DNA from: Mantamonas sphyraenae STR306
Taxonomy: Eukaryota; Protista; CRuMs
DNA length: 64,000 bases
NCBI GenBank assembly: GCA_026936335.1
Contig: JAPMXV010000015.1
Coordinates: 280,481 to 344,480, forward strand
Direction: 5' to 3'
This document shows positions 1 to 11,575 of this stretch, one piece after another (within the stretch, counting starts at the first letter, position 1; each line of letters begins with the position of its first letter). Both the position numbers and the translations under genes were made by a program. The notes beneath the pieces were generated by a model, which ran no database searches, had not been told where the DNA came from, and saw only the letters and a list, made by a program, of their open reading frames with translations.

Positions 1-1500
1 TGAAACTGATCGACACCCTGGTGTGCCAGCTGTTTGAACACACCTACGCCGCCCATCGGCACCTGCGTGCCGTTCTCGACGCCTTCCTCGTGGTGGAAGA
101 AGCCTACGGTCAGGATTTGTACTACGACACTGTGGTGCGTGCCATCCTGACCAACCTCTGCCTCTCCCTGGCCTCACGAGCTGCCCACGCCGACGACAAG
201 GACCTCCTCGTGCTCAACCTCCTTCCCCTGTCCGACATCGTCGAGGAGTATCTCTTCTACCGCACCGAACTCGTGTGGGAGAACCAGGACATGGAGGAAC
301 CCGAACACACCGGCCCGGGCGAACACGGCGTCACCACCCTCCTCGTGCCCCGCCGCGACGAACACGGCAAGTGGATGGATCTGCAACTGGCCGACGCCTG
401 GCTGGAACTTGTCCTGGAGGCAAACGTGCCCCTGGACATCGATGCCCATTCGGAGCAGCGAGGCATGGCAGGCCTGCGCGGCGATGGCGTTGTTGCCACC
501 GGCGGCAGCGGCAGCGCCAGCGGCACCGCAGATGCCACAGGGACAGGGACCATGGAACGCAGCAGGCACGAGTGGATGTACAGGCGACCAGGAGGCTTCC
601 TGCGTGTGTTTCTGCGAGTTCTCATGGCCCTGGTGTACGAAACCGAGGACGAAAAGGCCATGAAGAGGTATGTGGTGCAAGTCAAGGCACTGTACGACCA
701 CCTGAGTGGACATGCCACCAACGTCCTCAGCATGCTTGCCCAACGCACCGCACACACCGTCGTCGACTTTTACGCAGAGGGCCTCGCCAACGAAGACCAG
801 GCCATTGCCAACATGAGCACAGGCTACCTCCTTGGCTGTCTCTACGACTGTCTCGTCGATCGCACCCTCACCCTGGCTGGCGACGACAATGGGAAGTCTG
901 TGGGCACACCAGCTGCCTCTGCCTCTGCCTCCTCCTCCTCCTCATCATCATCATCATCATCATCGTCATCGGATGACAAAGAAACCCCTGCTGTGTTGCC
1001 CATGGTGGAACTGCCCAGCACCATGCCCAAGATCCTCATTGGATTGTTTGGGGCATTCAAGCGGATGCTGGAACAGGACAAGGACATGCAGGCCCTCGAG
1101 CCCGAGCTGGGCAAGCTGGACAGCATGGAACTGAAGCCACTCATGGAAGACCTGGATGTGCGCATGCAGACCAATGCAGGCCTCACAAACTACCTCACCG
1201 GGTGCAGGGATGTCCTCGACTATGAGTTTGAGGTGGTCTTTGGCTCTCTGGTGGTGCGACAGACCCTCAACACCATCAAGGAACATCGTCACAAAGGCGA
1301 TGACAAGCATGCCGCCTCTCAACACCAGCAGCAGCAGCAGCAGCAGCAGCCCTCTTCATCCTCCAACCCTACCGTTGATGATGACACAAAGGGCAAAGGC
1401 AAGTCCACCACAGAAGAACCACCAACATCCTCCCTCCTCCTCCTCCTCCTCCTCCTCCTCCTCATCCTCGTCAGCAGTCCCATCCATTGTGGTAGAATGA
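1..1500 (+). CDS. Hypothetical alpha-helical protein, 5'-truncated by the window edge
   Basis: Frame 3 is open from position 3. An apparent extra C in the (TCC)n run near 1431-1434 shifts poly-Ser to poly-Leu; removing it gives ...SSSSAVPSIVVE* ending at TGA 1498-1500, before the next gene starts at 1591. Confidence 0.7.
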
Positions 1501-1590
1501 ACGACATGCGCATCCCCCCACCCACACCCCCCCAACCAAACAAACAAACCACCCTCTCCCTCTCACTCACTCATTCACAGCCCGCACCAA

Positions 1591-2626
1591 ATGCTGGAAT
1601 CCTTGTTTATCATCAACGTGCAGGGCGACGTGGTGATTGAAAAACACTGGCGTGAGGTGACATCGCGTGTGGTGTGCGACTACTTTGTCAACGAGCTTGC
1701 CAAGTGTTCGTCCTGCAACGAACTGCTGCCCTGTCATTGTGACCCCCAAGTACTACCTCATCAACACATACCTTGCCAAGGAGAACCTGTTCTACGTGGG
1801 CGTCGTCAAGACGGAAACCCCGCCCCTGCTGGTCATTGAGTTTCTCAACCGCGTCGTCGACATCTTCCGCGACTACTTTGACAACGACGTCAGCGAAGAC
1901 TCCCTCAAGGACAACTTCTCCACCATCTACCAACTCCTGGATGAGATGATGGACAACGGATTCCCCTTCACCACAGAGGGCAACGTCCTCAAGGAGATGA
2001 TCCTCCCGCCCTCCTTCTTTGGCAAGTGGAGCAACTTTGTCACAGGTATGTGCCCCACCACACACCACCACCACCACACACACATATGCACCTGCTACCC
2101 TTTCTCCCTCGTAGACACTACACGCACCCTTGCCGAACCCTCTCTGCCCACCGCCGCCGGCCATCCACGCTCACCCCCCGCCCCCGAAAATCCCCTCTCA
2201 GGCAACTCCAACGTCTCCGAATCGCTGCCCAGCGGCTCTCTCAGCAACATTCCCTGGCGCAAGTCGGGTGTCAAGTACGCCAGCAACGAAATCTATGTCG
2301 ACATGGTCGAGGAGATCGACTGCATCGTCAACAGGTGCGTGTGCAAAAAGACCTTGCGTCCGGCCTCTTTGTTCTTCATTTCCCGTCCGCTTGCCCAAAC
2401 CCACCCCACCCCTCCCTCCCTCTGACCCCGCTTGCTGACACCATCCACATCCCCAATTGGTTGGTTTGACCTCTCCATTGCACACACTGTGCACAGCAAC
2501 AACATGCAGATCTCAGCCGAGGTGTCGGGGGAGATCCGTGTCAACTGTAAATTGAGTGGCATGCCCGACCTGCTCATGACCTTTCAGAACCCAAAGCTGC
2601 TGGGTAAGTTGACCCCCCCTCCCTCC

Positions 2627-2657
<31 letters not shown>

Positions 2658-3339
2658 CCAAACTCCCTTCCCATCCCTGTGTGCCGCTTTGCCCTGTCTC
2701 CACTTCCCTTCTCTCTCTCACACACACACACACGTCTCTCACCACCCCTCAGACGACTGCTCGTTCCACCCGTGCGTTCGCTACAGCAACTACGAACAGA
2801 ACCGAGTGTTGTCCTTTGTGCCTCCGGATGGCAACTTCAAGCTGATGGACTACCGGGTGACACAGAGCAGCGTGAGCCTGCCGATCATGGTTCGTCCGGT
2901 GATCCAATTCAGCAACGACAGCCGCGGTGGCAAGTTGGAAATCTCGGTGGGATTCAAGGACATCAAGTTTGGGGGCAGCAACAAGAAGAGCAAGGGGTTG
3001 GAGGACGTGGCACTCACCATCCCCTTCCCCAAGGTGGTCAGCTCCGTCAATGCCAGCGTGACCCAAGGCTCCCTGCTCTTTGACGAAAAGAGCAAACTGC
3101 TCACATGGAACATTGGCAAGATCAAAGGCAAGTCGCCTGTGCTGTCGGGCCACATCCCACTCGTGGCAAACGCAGAGATTCCAGAGAGCACCCCTGCCAT
3201 CAGTGTCTACTTCAAGCTCAGCTCCTACGCAGCCTCGGGGCTCAAGATCAACCGTCTCGACGTCACCAACCAATCCTACAACACCTTCAAGGGTGTCCGC
3301 TCCGTCACCATGGCAGGCAACTTCCAGGTGCGTACGTGA
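1591..3339 (+). CDS. AP3M: AP-3 adaptor complex medium (mu3) subunit; exons 1591-2045, 2202-2334, 2497-2603, 2753-3339
   Basis: N-terminus MLESLFIINVQGDVVIEKHWR, then PPLLVIEFL, QLLDEMMDNGFP, IPWRKSGVKY..NE, CKLSGMPDL, DDCSFHPCVRY, SFVPPDGNF and terminal AGNFQVRT match mu3 adaptins. Three GT-AG introns keep the frame. One extra C near 1729-1731 breaks exon 1. Confidence 0.95.
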
Positions 3340-3340
3340 T

Positions 3341-3378
<38 letters not shown>

Positions 3379-3457
3379 CAAAACATTCATCATTCTTTCT
3401 GGTCTTCCCTCCAATTGCCCCTCCTCTCCCCTTCCCCCCTTCCGCCCGTTTTGTTCC

Positions 3458-4318
3458 TCACAGTTCCTCAATGACAATGGACACAAGGGTGGCATTGCCA
3501 CCGACGTGCTGGAGGGCACGGTCGGCCTGCAGGCGGTCGATAAAGTAATTCTCGCAGCGTCCACGACACATGGGGTGCACCTCCATGGCGGTGTTGCGTT
3601 GGTCAAACGTGGCCTCCCGTGCCACACAGATGGCATCGGCCCCCTTCCACGGCACCATCTCCTCGCAGGGACACACAAACGAGTGGCACCTGGGGTGTGC
3701 CACACACGCCTCCACCGCCCGGTTCCGTCGATACGAACACTGCTGCTCGATGCGATTGCCCGTCTCACTGTCCACACAATGATCCGCACCGCAGTGCGAC
3801 ACAGGCGCAGGGTCGATGCAGTACCGTGCGTCGTGGGGAATCACCCGAAACGAAATGGCGCTGTCCCCACGCATCAACTTGGCGTACACGGTGCCCTCCT
3901 TGTTTTCCCTCGTCTCCCCCTGTGCCCCATTGTGCAGTGTGTCTGTTTCCCCTTCCCCCTGTCCTTCCTCTTGCTTTCCGGCCCCCTGGGTCGTTCCGTC
4001 CCCGTCGCCTCCACTTGCCCCTCCTCCGCTTCCTCCGCCCACGCCATCCCCTCCTGCCCCAGGCCCTCTCGACTCTCCTCCTTCTGCCTGCCCATCTGCA
4101 TCTGTGGGCAGTGCCTCATCGTGCAGTTTCATGCTCATGCACTTTTTCAACACAACCTCCTCGTGTTGCAACTCGGCCTCCAGCCTACGCAACTCCTCCT
4201 GCCTTTCCCGTCGCTCACGTGCCACCACGTCAATCTGTCCCTGCAGACGCCACGAGTACAGACCCGTTATTAACAACAGGGCCAACATAGCCCCCGTCCA
4301 GACCCCATTCCCCTGCAT
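3458..4318 (-). CDS. Hypothetical type II membrane/secreted protein with coiled coil, Gly-rich linker and Cys-rich C-terminal domain
   Basis: ATG at 4318 gives MQGNGVWTGAMLALLLITGLYSW (signal anchor), then a heptad-like ERRERQEELRRLEAEL stretch and a Cys-rich region (YCIDP..HCGADHC..EACVAHPRCHSFVCPC). Confidence 0.65.
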   Translation of the reverse strand: MQGNGVWTGAMLALLLITGLYSWRLQGQIDVVARERRERQEELRRLEAELQHEEVVLKKCMSMKLHDEALPTDADGQAEGGESRGPGAGGDGVGGGSGGGASGGDGDGTTQGAGKQEEGQGEGETDTLHNGAQGETRENKEGTVYAKLMRGDSAISFRVIPHDARYCIDPAPVSHCGADHCVDSETGNRIEQQCSYRRNRAVEACVAHPRCHSFVCPCEEMVPWKGADAICVAREATFDQRNTAMEVHPMCRGRCENYFIDRLQADRALQHVGGNATLVSIVIEEL

Positions 4319-4415
4319 GCAACAACGTGTGCCAGCACACTTTTTTTGCTTTTCTTGTTTTTGTTGGTTTGGCTTGCTTCTTGCCGCTTCCCATCGTGGC
4401 TTGGCACACTCTCCT

Positions 4416-7402
4416 TCACACACTTCCAAATGACCCATCCACACTCTCGGACCGTTTCGACCTGCCTCCTCCCATCTCGTCATCCGACGATTCGCTTTCG
4501 CTTTCGCTGTCCATGGTGCCCTTCTTCATCACCCGCTTCAACAACGAGGCCGACCCCTTGATGCGACCACTGCCACCCGACAGACTGCTCCCACTTCCAC
4601 TGCGTGCACCTCGACTCGATCCATCTGTTGCACCACCACCAGCACCACCACTGCGTCCTGACGACGACTCATTCACCCCCGCCCTCCTGGGTTCCGGTGT
4701 GTTGCCCCTCTCCTCCAGAAAGTCCTCCCCTCGCCATTCCTCCTTGCGCACACTCTCCCGTTCCACCAGTTCGTCCACGTCTGCATACCGAATGGTAACA
4801 TCGCCATCCTCGTCGTCCTCCTCGTCGTCGTCTCCTCTTCGTCATTGTCTCCCACATCATCATCATCATCCTCCTCCTCCTCATCCTCTTCTCCCCCGTC
4901 CTGCCCATCGTCCTTCCCATTCCCATCCTCTCCTCCTTCCTGCTTCTTCTTGTTCTTGCTGGCTGCACTTGCCCTGCGACTCTTCTTCGACGAAGCACCA
5001 CCACCACCACCACCACTGCCACCGTCGCCTCCTGTCCCTCCTCCTGGCCCCTCCATGGTCACCACTGTGCTCTGGCGTTTGTACTCCTCGTACGTCAGAT
5101 CCGGTGTCAGGAACCACAGCAGCTCGTCGTCCAGACACAGGGCCGGATGCTGCACCACCCCCTGCAGAAAGTGTTCCAACCCTGCCATGCGCTTGTCGAG
5201 AAAGGTGGAACGGAACCGACCGATGGCCTTCTTCGGTGGCATGGGCGGCAATTCGATGTTGGGATGCTTCTTGGCCAGCTTCTTGGCCAGCTTGTGGAAC
5301 TCGCTGTATCGTCGTCGCACAAGGATGCGTGAGCCCTGGTACTTGGCCAGTGCCGTTGTGCCCACCACCAGGAACGTGGTGAAATCCCCATTCACGCTCT
5401 GGTGTCGCATCGGCTCCGTCACCTTCAGATACGGAAACAGTTTCGCCACGGCAAACTCATCCTCGCCATCACCAACAGCCCCACCAGCCGGCACACCCAC
5501 CAATCCATCCCCAGAGGATGAGGAGGATGATGAAGAGGAGGAGGAGGAGGAGGAGGAGGAGGATGCCCTCGTGGCCTGCACCTGCTCCAAACGACTCTCA
5601 TTGGCCAACTTGTTGACCGCAATGGCATCACGCAGAGTGGCAATCCACTCGCACAGTTCCGCCTCGTCCTTGCAGCTCACCGGGTACAGTGTGTCGTCGC
5701 CTGTGCGGATGATGAACACGTTCTCCTTGCCCCCATACTTGCCCGCATACACCACACTCGTGTCTGCATTCAACGAGATCTGGCCCTTGTTGTCGATTTG
5801 TTCGTCGTTTGTGTAATAAAATAGGGTGAAGCCCCAGGTGCTGTCCTGCAGGCTGAACCAGCGTGTCTTCCAATTCTTGATGAAGTGTCCCTGCTTCACC
5901 AGCAGACCATCCTTCACCACCTTTCCCCTGTCATCCACTCGCTTCCCCCCAAGGTCGCTGCTCTGTCGAATCTCTGCCCGTTGCAACTGATGCCAGCTGC
6001 TCTCCAGCTTCAGAAAGTCCTCAAACTCGTGCACAAACGCAACCTGCCGCTTCGTCTGGATGCTGTGTGGTCGTCGGCTGCGGATCAATTGCACCACCTC
6101 GTCTGCGTCCATCTCTTCCTGGGTGTGAAGCAACAGGCATCCAATCAACAGTCCCGTCCGTCCCAGGCCCGCGTGGCAGTGAATGGCAATCTGTGCGTGT
6201 CCGCAATGATGAGATATGCGTGTCAGCTCCAGGACGGGTACACACACACACACACACACACACACACCCCTTTGTGTCATCATCCCACTTACCTTCTTCC
6301 CGTCATCCAGATAGGGTGTCAACAGCTTGCAGATGCGCAGAATGTGTTCGTAGTTGGGCACGCCAAAGTCCTCCCAGCCAAGATGGTAAAAGTCCACTGC
6401 CCTCCCGTGTCAGCCAACACACACACACACACACACACACACATATTGCATGCCACTGCCCACCACCCACCCACCCACCCACCACAAATGTTCCTCACCA
6501 AACACTCACCTCCATGATCCGAAAACTCTTCGGGCTTGTAGCTGAAGCCCGAGTCGTTGTGAATCCCGTCGCCGCAATACGGGTGTTCGCCAAGCTCCTG
6601 CAGGTTCACAATGCACCCTATGTTGTGTCTGTGTACGTTTCAAAAGACCACCCCACACCCCACAATGCCATAGCCCATGTGCAACCGCCCACGTGTCAGT
6701 CAGGATGCACGACGCAAAGGTCAAAGGCATGCGCCGCCGCCGTCCCCCTTTGCCCCTCCTGCTTCCCGCTTTTCTTCGTTGGCCCGCCTCCACGCACACA
6801 CACGCACACTGCAGATCCCATGTGGACACCACCCGTCCACACACATACACACGCATGCGTACGTGCCACCACCATCCCCTCCTTGTCTCCCTGTGTCCTT
6901 CAAACCTACTCTTGGAACTGGGAGATGATATCAAACTCGCGGATGAGCCTTGACGACGGCCGCTGCGTCGCCAGGATGTTGTCTGTGATCCAATTGGAAA
7001 ACATGCCTGTGTCCATTGTCACCGGGACAGGTCAATGGCAAGGGGACCTCGCGTGTCAGCAAGGTGATGTATGCAAACGGGCCGGAGGAAAAGACGACAC
7101 AGCCCCGCAGACGGGCCAAGCTGCTGGCAGGACACTCGCAGTCTCGGCTGATTGACAATGCGTGACACCCACACACACACACATCTCTCTCTCATTCTCT
7201 CTCTCTCTGTCTCTCGTTGCTTACCTGTGATTGCGTTCTTCTCGTACCGAGAGTGGTCCTCCCATTTGCAACTCTTCCCTCCACAGAACACACACACTCC
7301 TGCAGACATCTTGGACAGCCGTCGAGTCGATCCCTCCAGTTTCTCGCCGTCCACCGACTGCGCCGAATTGTGGCGCTCCAGCTTCGCAGGGGACGACGAC
7401 AT
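4416..7402 (-). CDS. PTPDC1: PTPDC1-like dual-specificity phosphatase fused to PH and PX domains (5 exons)
   Basis: Spliced exons give CVFCGGKSCKWE / SNWITDNILATQRPS / IVNLQELGEHPYCG..SGFSYKPE / FYHLGWEDFGVP / IAIHCHAGLGRTG (CX5R active site), the PTPDC1 motif series. PH follows (KDGLLVKQGHFIKNWKTRWF..EWIATL), then PX (VRRRYSEFHKL..LPPMPPK..FLDKRMAGLEHFL). A frameshift near 4835 joins the acidic tail ending at 4416. Start codon uncertain. Confidence 0.88.
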
Positions 7403-7586
7403 GAGTTGGAACAGGTCCCGCAAGCTGCGTTGCACAATTCCACTGTGACGTGACCGCGCCTTGGGACAATGAGAGTCTTGCCATGTGCTGTGGGGTGGTG
7501 GTGGGAAAGCATTTGCTGACAACCCTGTCTGCCTGAGTCATGCTCCGTTCTCCGCGGTGGCACCCAACTCGGTTCTTTCTTTTCCG

Positions 7587-8708
7587 ATGGCCAACGTATG
7601 TTGTGGCCGCCCACGTGTCTCTCCACTGCCCACTGCCCTCCTCTTTCTGCGCTTCTCTTTCTCTCTGTCTCTGCCTCTCTGTGTGTACGTGCCTCCTGAC
7701 ACCCAACGACACTGCTACAGGCAACCTTCCACTTTGCCTACGAGCAGGCGCTCCCAGGCGGAATCGATAGGACAGACCTACGCCACAAACGCAATGTGCC
7801 TATCCAACTCATCAACATGGATGGCTCGGTGAGTGTATTCCCACTGTCTCCATCGTCCTCAAGCGGTGTTCCTCTTCATAACTCCGCCCTGCTCACAGCG
7901 CGTCCCCCTTCCTTCCCCCAAACCCCAACACCCGCCATCAGGTTCAACTGGGCAACACCCCAGGCACACGCAATGGCATTGACGATCTCGATGCATACGA
8001 AGGTGAGTGGCTTCCCTTGCTTTGTGACGGGGAGGCGTTTGAAACACATCCACTCACACCGCCCATCTTCTTTCTTCTTCTTTCGGACTCAAAGACGACC
8101 ACCACCAGCCCGAAAAGATCCTTATATTCAGCCAGCCCCGAGGTGAGTGAGTGGGATCCACCTCCTCGTCGAGTGTGGTGTGCCCTTGGCCCTGGCAGGA
8201 AGCAAAGGTCCCTGTCGTCGCGCGTTTTCCCTCGACGAAACGGCTGACACGAGCGGTGTACCTCGCCATGCCCGCAGTGCTTACCATGCACGAGAGCGAA
8301 GTGAACACACGCACACGCACCTTCTACTTTTTGCTTGTGCTCAACATCATCACCAGCACCTACCAGTTTGTGTGGGCTCTCAATCTCTTTGGCGTGGCTG
8401 GACTCTTTTACGGCACCAATCCGCTCGACGGTGGCGTGGGAGCTGCCCAGAACAGCTACGTGGGCTACGTCGTCTACCTTGCTACCCTCCTTGTCTTCCT
8501 CTGTGGCTTGGTGGGCATCCGCTTTTTCAACAGACGCTACGTGGCTCTCTTCCTCGTTGGTCTCGTCGGTCTCATTGTCCTCCAGCTCACGCGCATCACC
8601 GCCATCCGCGACATCATTGCCGTTATCTTCCTCGCGGCCCAGTGGTCTTTCACACGTGGCATCCATCAAGACATCTCCTCGACGTGGGTCACAGCAAACG
8701 CACGCTGA
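7587..8708 (+). CDS. Small multi-pass (about 4 TM) membrane protein; proposed exons 7587-7595, 7721-7828, 7942-8002, 8132-8142, 8199-8708
   Basis: The last exon encodes four hydrophobic segments. Upstream GTATGT/GTGAGT donors and CAG acceptors join into one stop-free frame (MAN-ATFHFAYE..NMDGS-VQLGN..AYE-ASPE-EAKVP). Confidence 0.65.
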
Positions 8709-8794
8709 ATGCCTGCTCTGCGCACTGTGTGTCTCCTTCTGCTCCATTCTGCGACTCCGTCTCCCTCCCTCGCTCCATCCCTCTGTCTCCCTCT

Positions 8795-11494
8795 CTACTT
8801 GATGGCTGCCAACGCCGCCGCCCGCATGGCTTCGTAATCGTCGTCGTCGTCGTCGTCGTAGTACGACTTTTTCACGGGTTTCCTCTCGTTGGAACGCGGC
8901 GTCTGACCCGAGCCGCTTCCCGCATGGGCCCTGCCGATGTTGGGACTCGATGTGGGCGACGAGTTGTTGCTCGCCAGACTCGATGACGAACGACCACGTT
9001 GCAACTGCTGCGCAAGGTTGTTGTTCCCTCCGCTGCCTCCTGAACTCCCGCCTGCGCTGCCGCTTGTGCTGCTACCACCTGTGCTGCCACTACCGACACC
9101 GCCGCTGCTGCTGCTACTGCTGCTGCCGCTGCTGTTCCCAGCGCCCATGTCCGACGTGTCGACGCCATCGAAGCCGGTCACCATGTTGGCTTCGCTTTCG
9201 TCCACGTCTTCGCCCACCTTGCCTCCCGAGCTCACCAGCATTTCTGCAATGGAGTTGTGCTTCTTCTTCCACGCGTAGTTCAGCGGCGTCTGGTTCTTGT
9301 TGTCTGTGATGTTGAGCAGCGCTCCTTCGTCCAGCAGCTGCTCCACCAGATTCTCAAAACCCATCAACGACGCGTAGTGCAGCGGCGTCATGCCCTTTTT
9401 GTCCTTTGCGTTCAGGTCGGCGCCGTGCACAAGCATCAGGAACAGAAGACGCTGGTCGCCACTGTGGCATGCAATGTGCAACGGTTGCATCTGCACCGAC
9501 CCCGACGGCTGGTTCACCTCACTGTGGTGGTTGAGCAGGTATGCCGCCATGCGGTCGTTGCCCTTGCTCACCGCAATGTGCAGCGGTGTCATGCCCTTGT
9601 CGTTCACGCTGTTCACGTTTGCTCCCTCCTCGACCAGAAACACCGCGTAGCGGTAGAAAAAGTCTTCGTTCACGTGCTCCAACGCAAGATGCAACATGCT
9701 CAACCCGGTCACGGTCGTCGCCAGCGGGTCCGCTCCACATTCGGTCAGCAGCGTCACACACACCTCGTTGCCTGACTCCAACGCACAGTGCAACGGTGTC
9801 AAGCCGATGGCGTTGCGTGCGTCCAGCTTGGCCCCGGCCAGGATCAGCACCCTGCAGATCTGGTCGTCCCCCTGCCGTGCCGCCACGTGCATCGCTGTGT
9901 TTCCGTCCAGGTTGCGTGCATCCACACGTGCCCTGTTGCGAAGCAGGATGGTCACCATGTCCACCAGTCCGCCTTGACATGCCTTGTGCAAAGCCGTGTT
10001 CCCGCTTGTGTCGCGTTTGTTTGGCCGTGCCCCCATTGCCAGCAGCATGTCTGTGATCCGCTCTGCCCCGGACACCACCGCGTTGTGCAACGCTGTGCAT
10101 CCGTTCTCGTCCTTGATGTCCAACTCTGCTCCAGCGGCCAGCAGCGCCTCCACAACCGCGTCGTGTTGCGACCGAGCCGCAAAGTGCAACGGTGTGTGAC
10201 CCTGTGTCGAGATGGCATTCACCTCTGCACCGTGTTCAATCAACACCTCTGCCAGACGACCAAACCCAGAGCGACTGGCCAGATGCAATGGCGTCTCTTC
10301 GTTCTGGTTCAGCGCGTTCACGTTGCCTCCGCGTTCCAGCAGCAACAAGGCCACATTCTCGTGTCCCTTGTCGCAGCACGCGTGCATGGGTGTCAACTTT
10401 TCCACTTCTACGTTTGGATCCGTGCCCTTGTCCAGAAAGTCCCGCACCTCGTCCTCTTTGCCCTGTCGAGCACACCACCAGATGGTGTCTCGCCCGTACT
10501 TGGCACTCTTCACCATCTTTCCTTGGTTCTTCACCATCTTGATTGCTGTCATCCACGAGTTCATGTCCGCCTCGTTGTCTGCCACAATCTCATAGTCTCG
10601 GCCACGCGTCACAATCGTAAAGTTAAATTCGTTGCTCTTGCCCCCCGTCTGCGTCACGGACGTGATGTCACGCACCATCACATACCCCAGCGGCTTCTCG
10701 TCCTCTGGCTTGTCAAAGTACAACAGGTAGTTCTGGTTGAGCACAAACCATCGTCGCTTCCACGACTTGAATCGGTTGCCTTGTTTTTTCAGCCAGCCCT
10801 CCTTCTCCTTCTTTCCGTGCGTCGGATCCGTCTACGGGTGGCCACATCAAACAACCTCGCCTGCGTCAGCCACATGCCACTCTCATTCCCCACACTCTCT
10901 GCCTCCTTGCCGCGCCCCACACCTCTACAAGGGCCGCAAACCGGGCGCAAACGTACGGAATGGACGCGCTTGCTCAACACCAGCTTCACAGTGCGCTCGA
11001 TGGCCGTCATCCAGTCGTTCAAGTCCTTCTCGTTGTCTGCGATCAGGGTCCACACGCGGCCCGGCGTCACCAGTTGGAAGCACAAAGGCGACACATACGG
11101 ATCCACAGCAACCTGAAGAAGCACGGGGGTGCAAGGGCCGGCGAAAATTCGGGAAGAGGGCCGTGTCAGGATCTGTACCAAAAACGGCTCTATGCGTCGC
11201 TGCATCGCATCTCCCGCTCTCCCTTTCCTACCTTTTGGATCTCCTTGAGTGGTACCTCGCCCAGCTCTTTGCCCATCTGTGGCGAGGGCGTGTGGCGACG
11301 GCAGCGTTAGCAGGGGAAGCGGTGGGTGATTCGAGCGCTCGAAAACGCAGGCGCCAACCAAGACATACCGGCTTGTCGTAGTACTTGAGGCTGTCCTCAC
11401 GAAGCACCATGTAGCGCTTCTTCCAGCCCTTCCACTTGGCGCCGGCTTGTTTGGACACAAAGCCCTTCATGACGACATTGTCTGTGGACGACAT
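8795..11494 (-). CDS. Tandem PH-PH domain protein with a long ankyrin repeat array (about 13 repeats); 4 exons
   Basis: PH1 (MKGFVSKQAGAKWKGWKKRYMVL..DWMTAI) is split over three exons. PH2 is KEGWLKKQGNRFKSWKRRWFVL..SWMTAI. Repeated G.TPLH.A...G ankyrin units follow, then a Ser/Gly tail. Confidence 0.9.
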
Positions 11495-11575
11495 GGCGGC
11501 GGGTGGGAGGAGAGTTTGGCGCAACGAGCGCCGGGAGGAGCACTCGATCGGTTTTCGTCAGCAAGAGGTCACGCC
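11495..11575. promoter_or_regulatory. Putative compact bidirectional promoter
   Basis: Only 81 bp separate the divergent start codons at 11494 (-) and 11576 (+). Confidence 0.55.

Noticed and set aside
1435-1475. Poly-Leu transmembrane segment at the end of ORF 21-1640
   Set aside because: It arises from a frame slip in a (TCC)n poly-Ser tract, and that frame would overlap the AP3M start.
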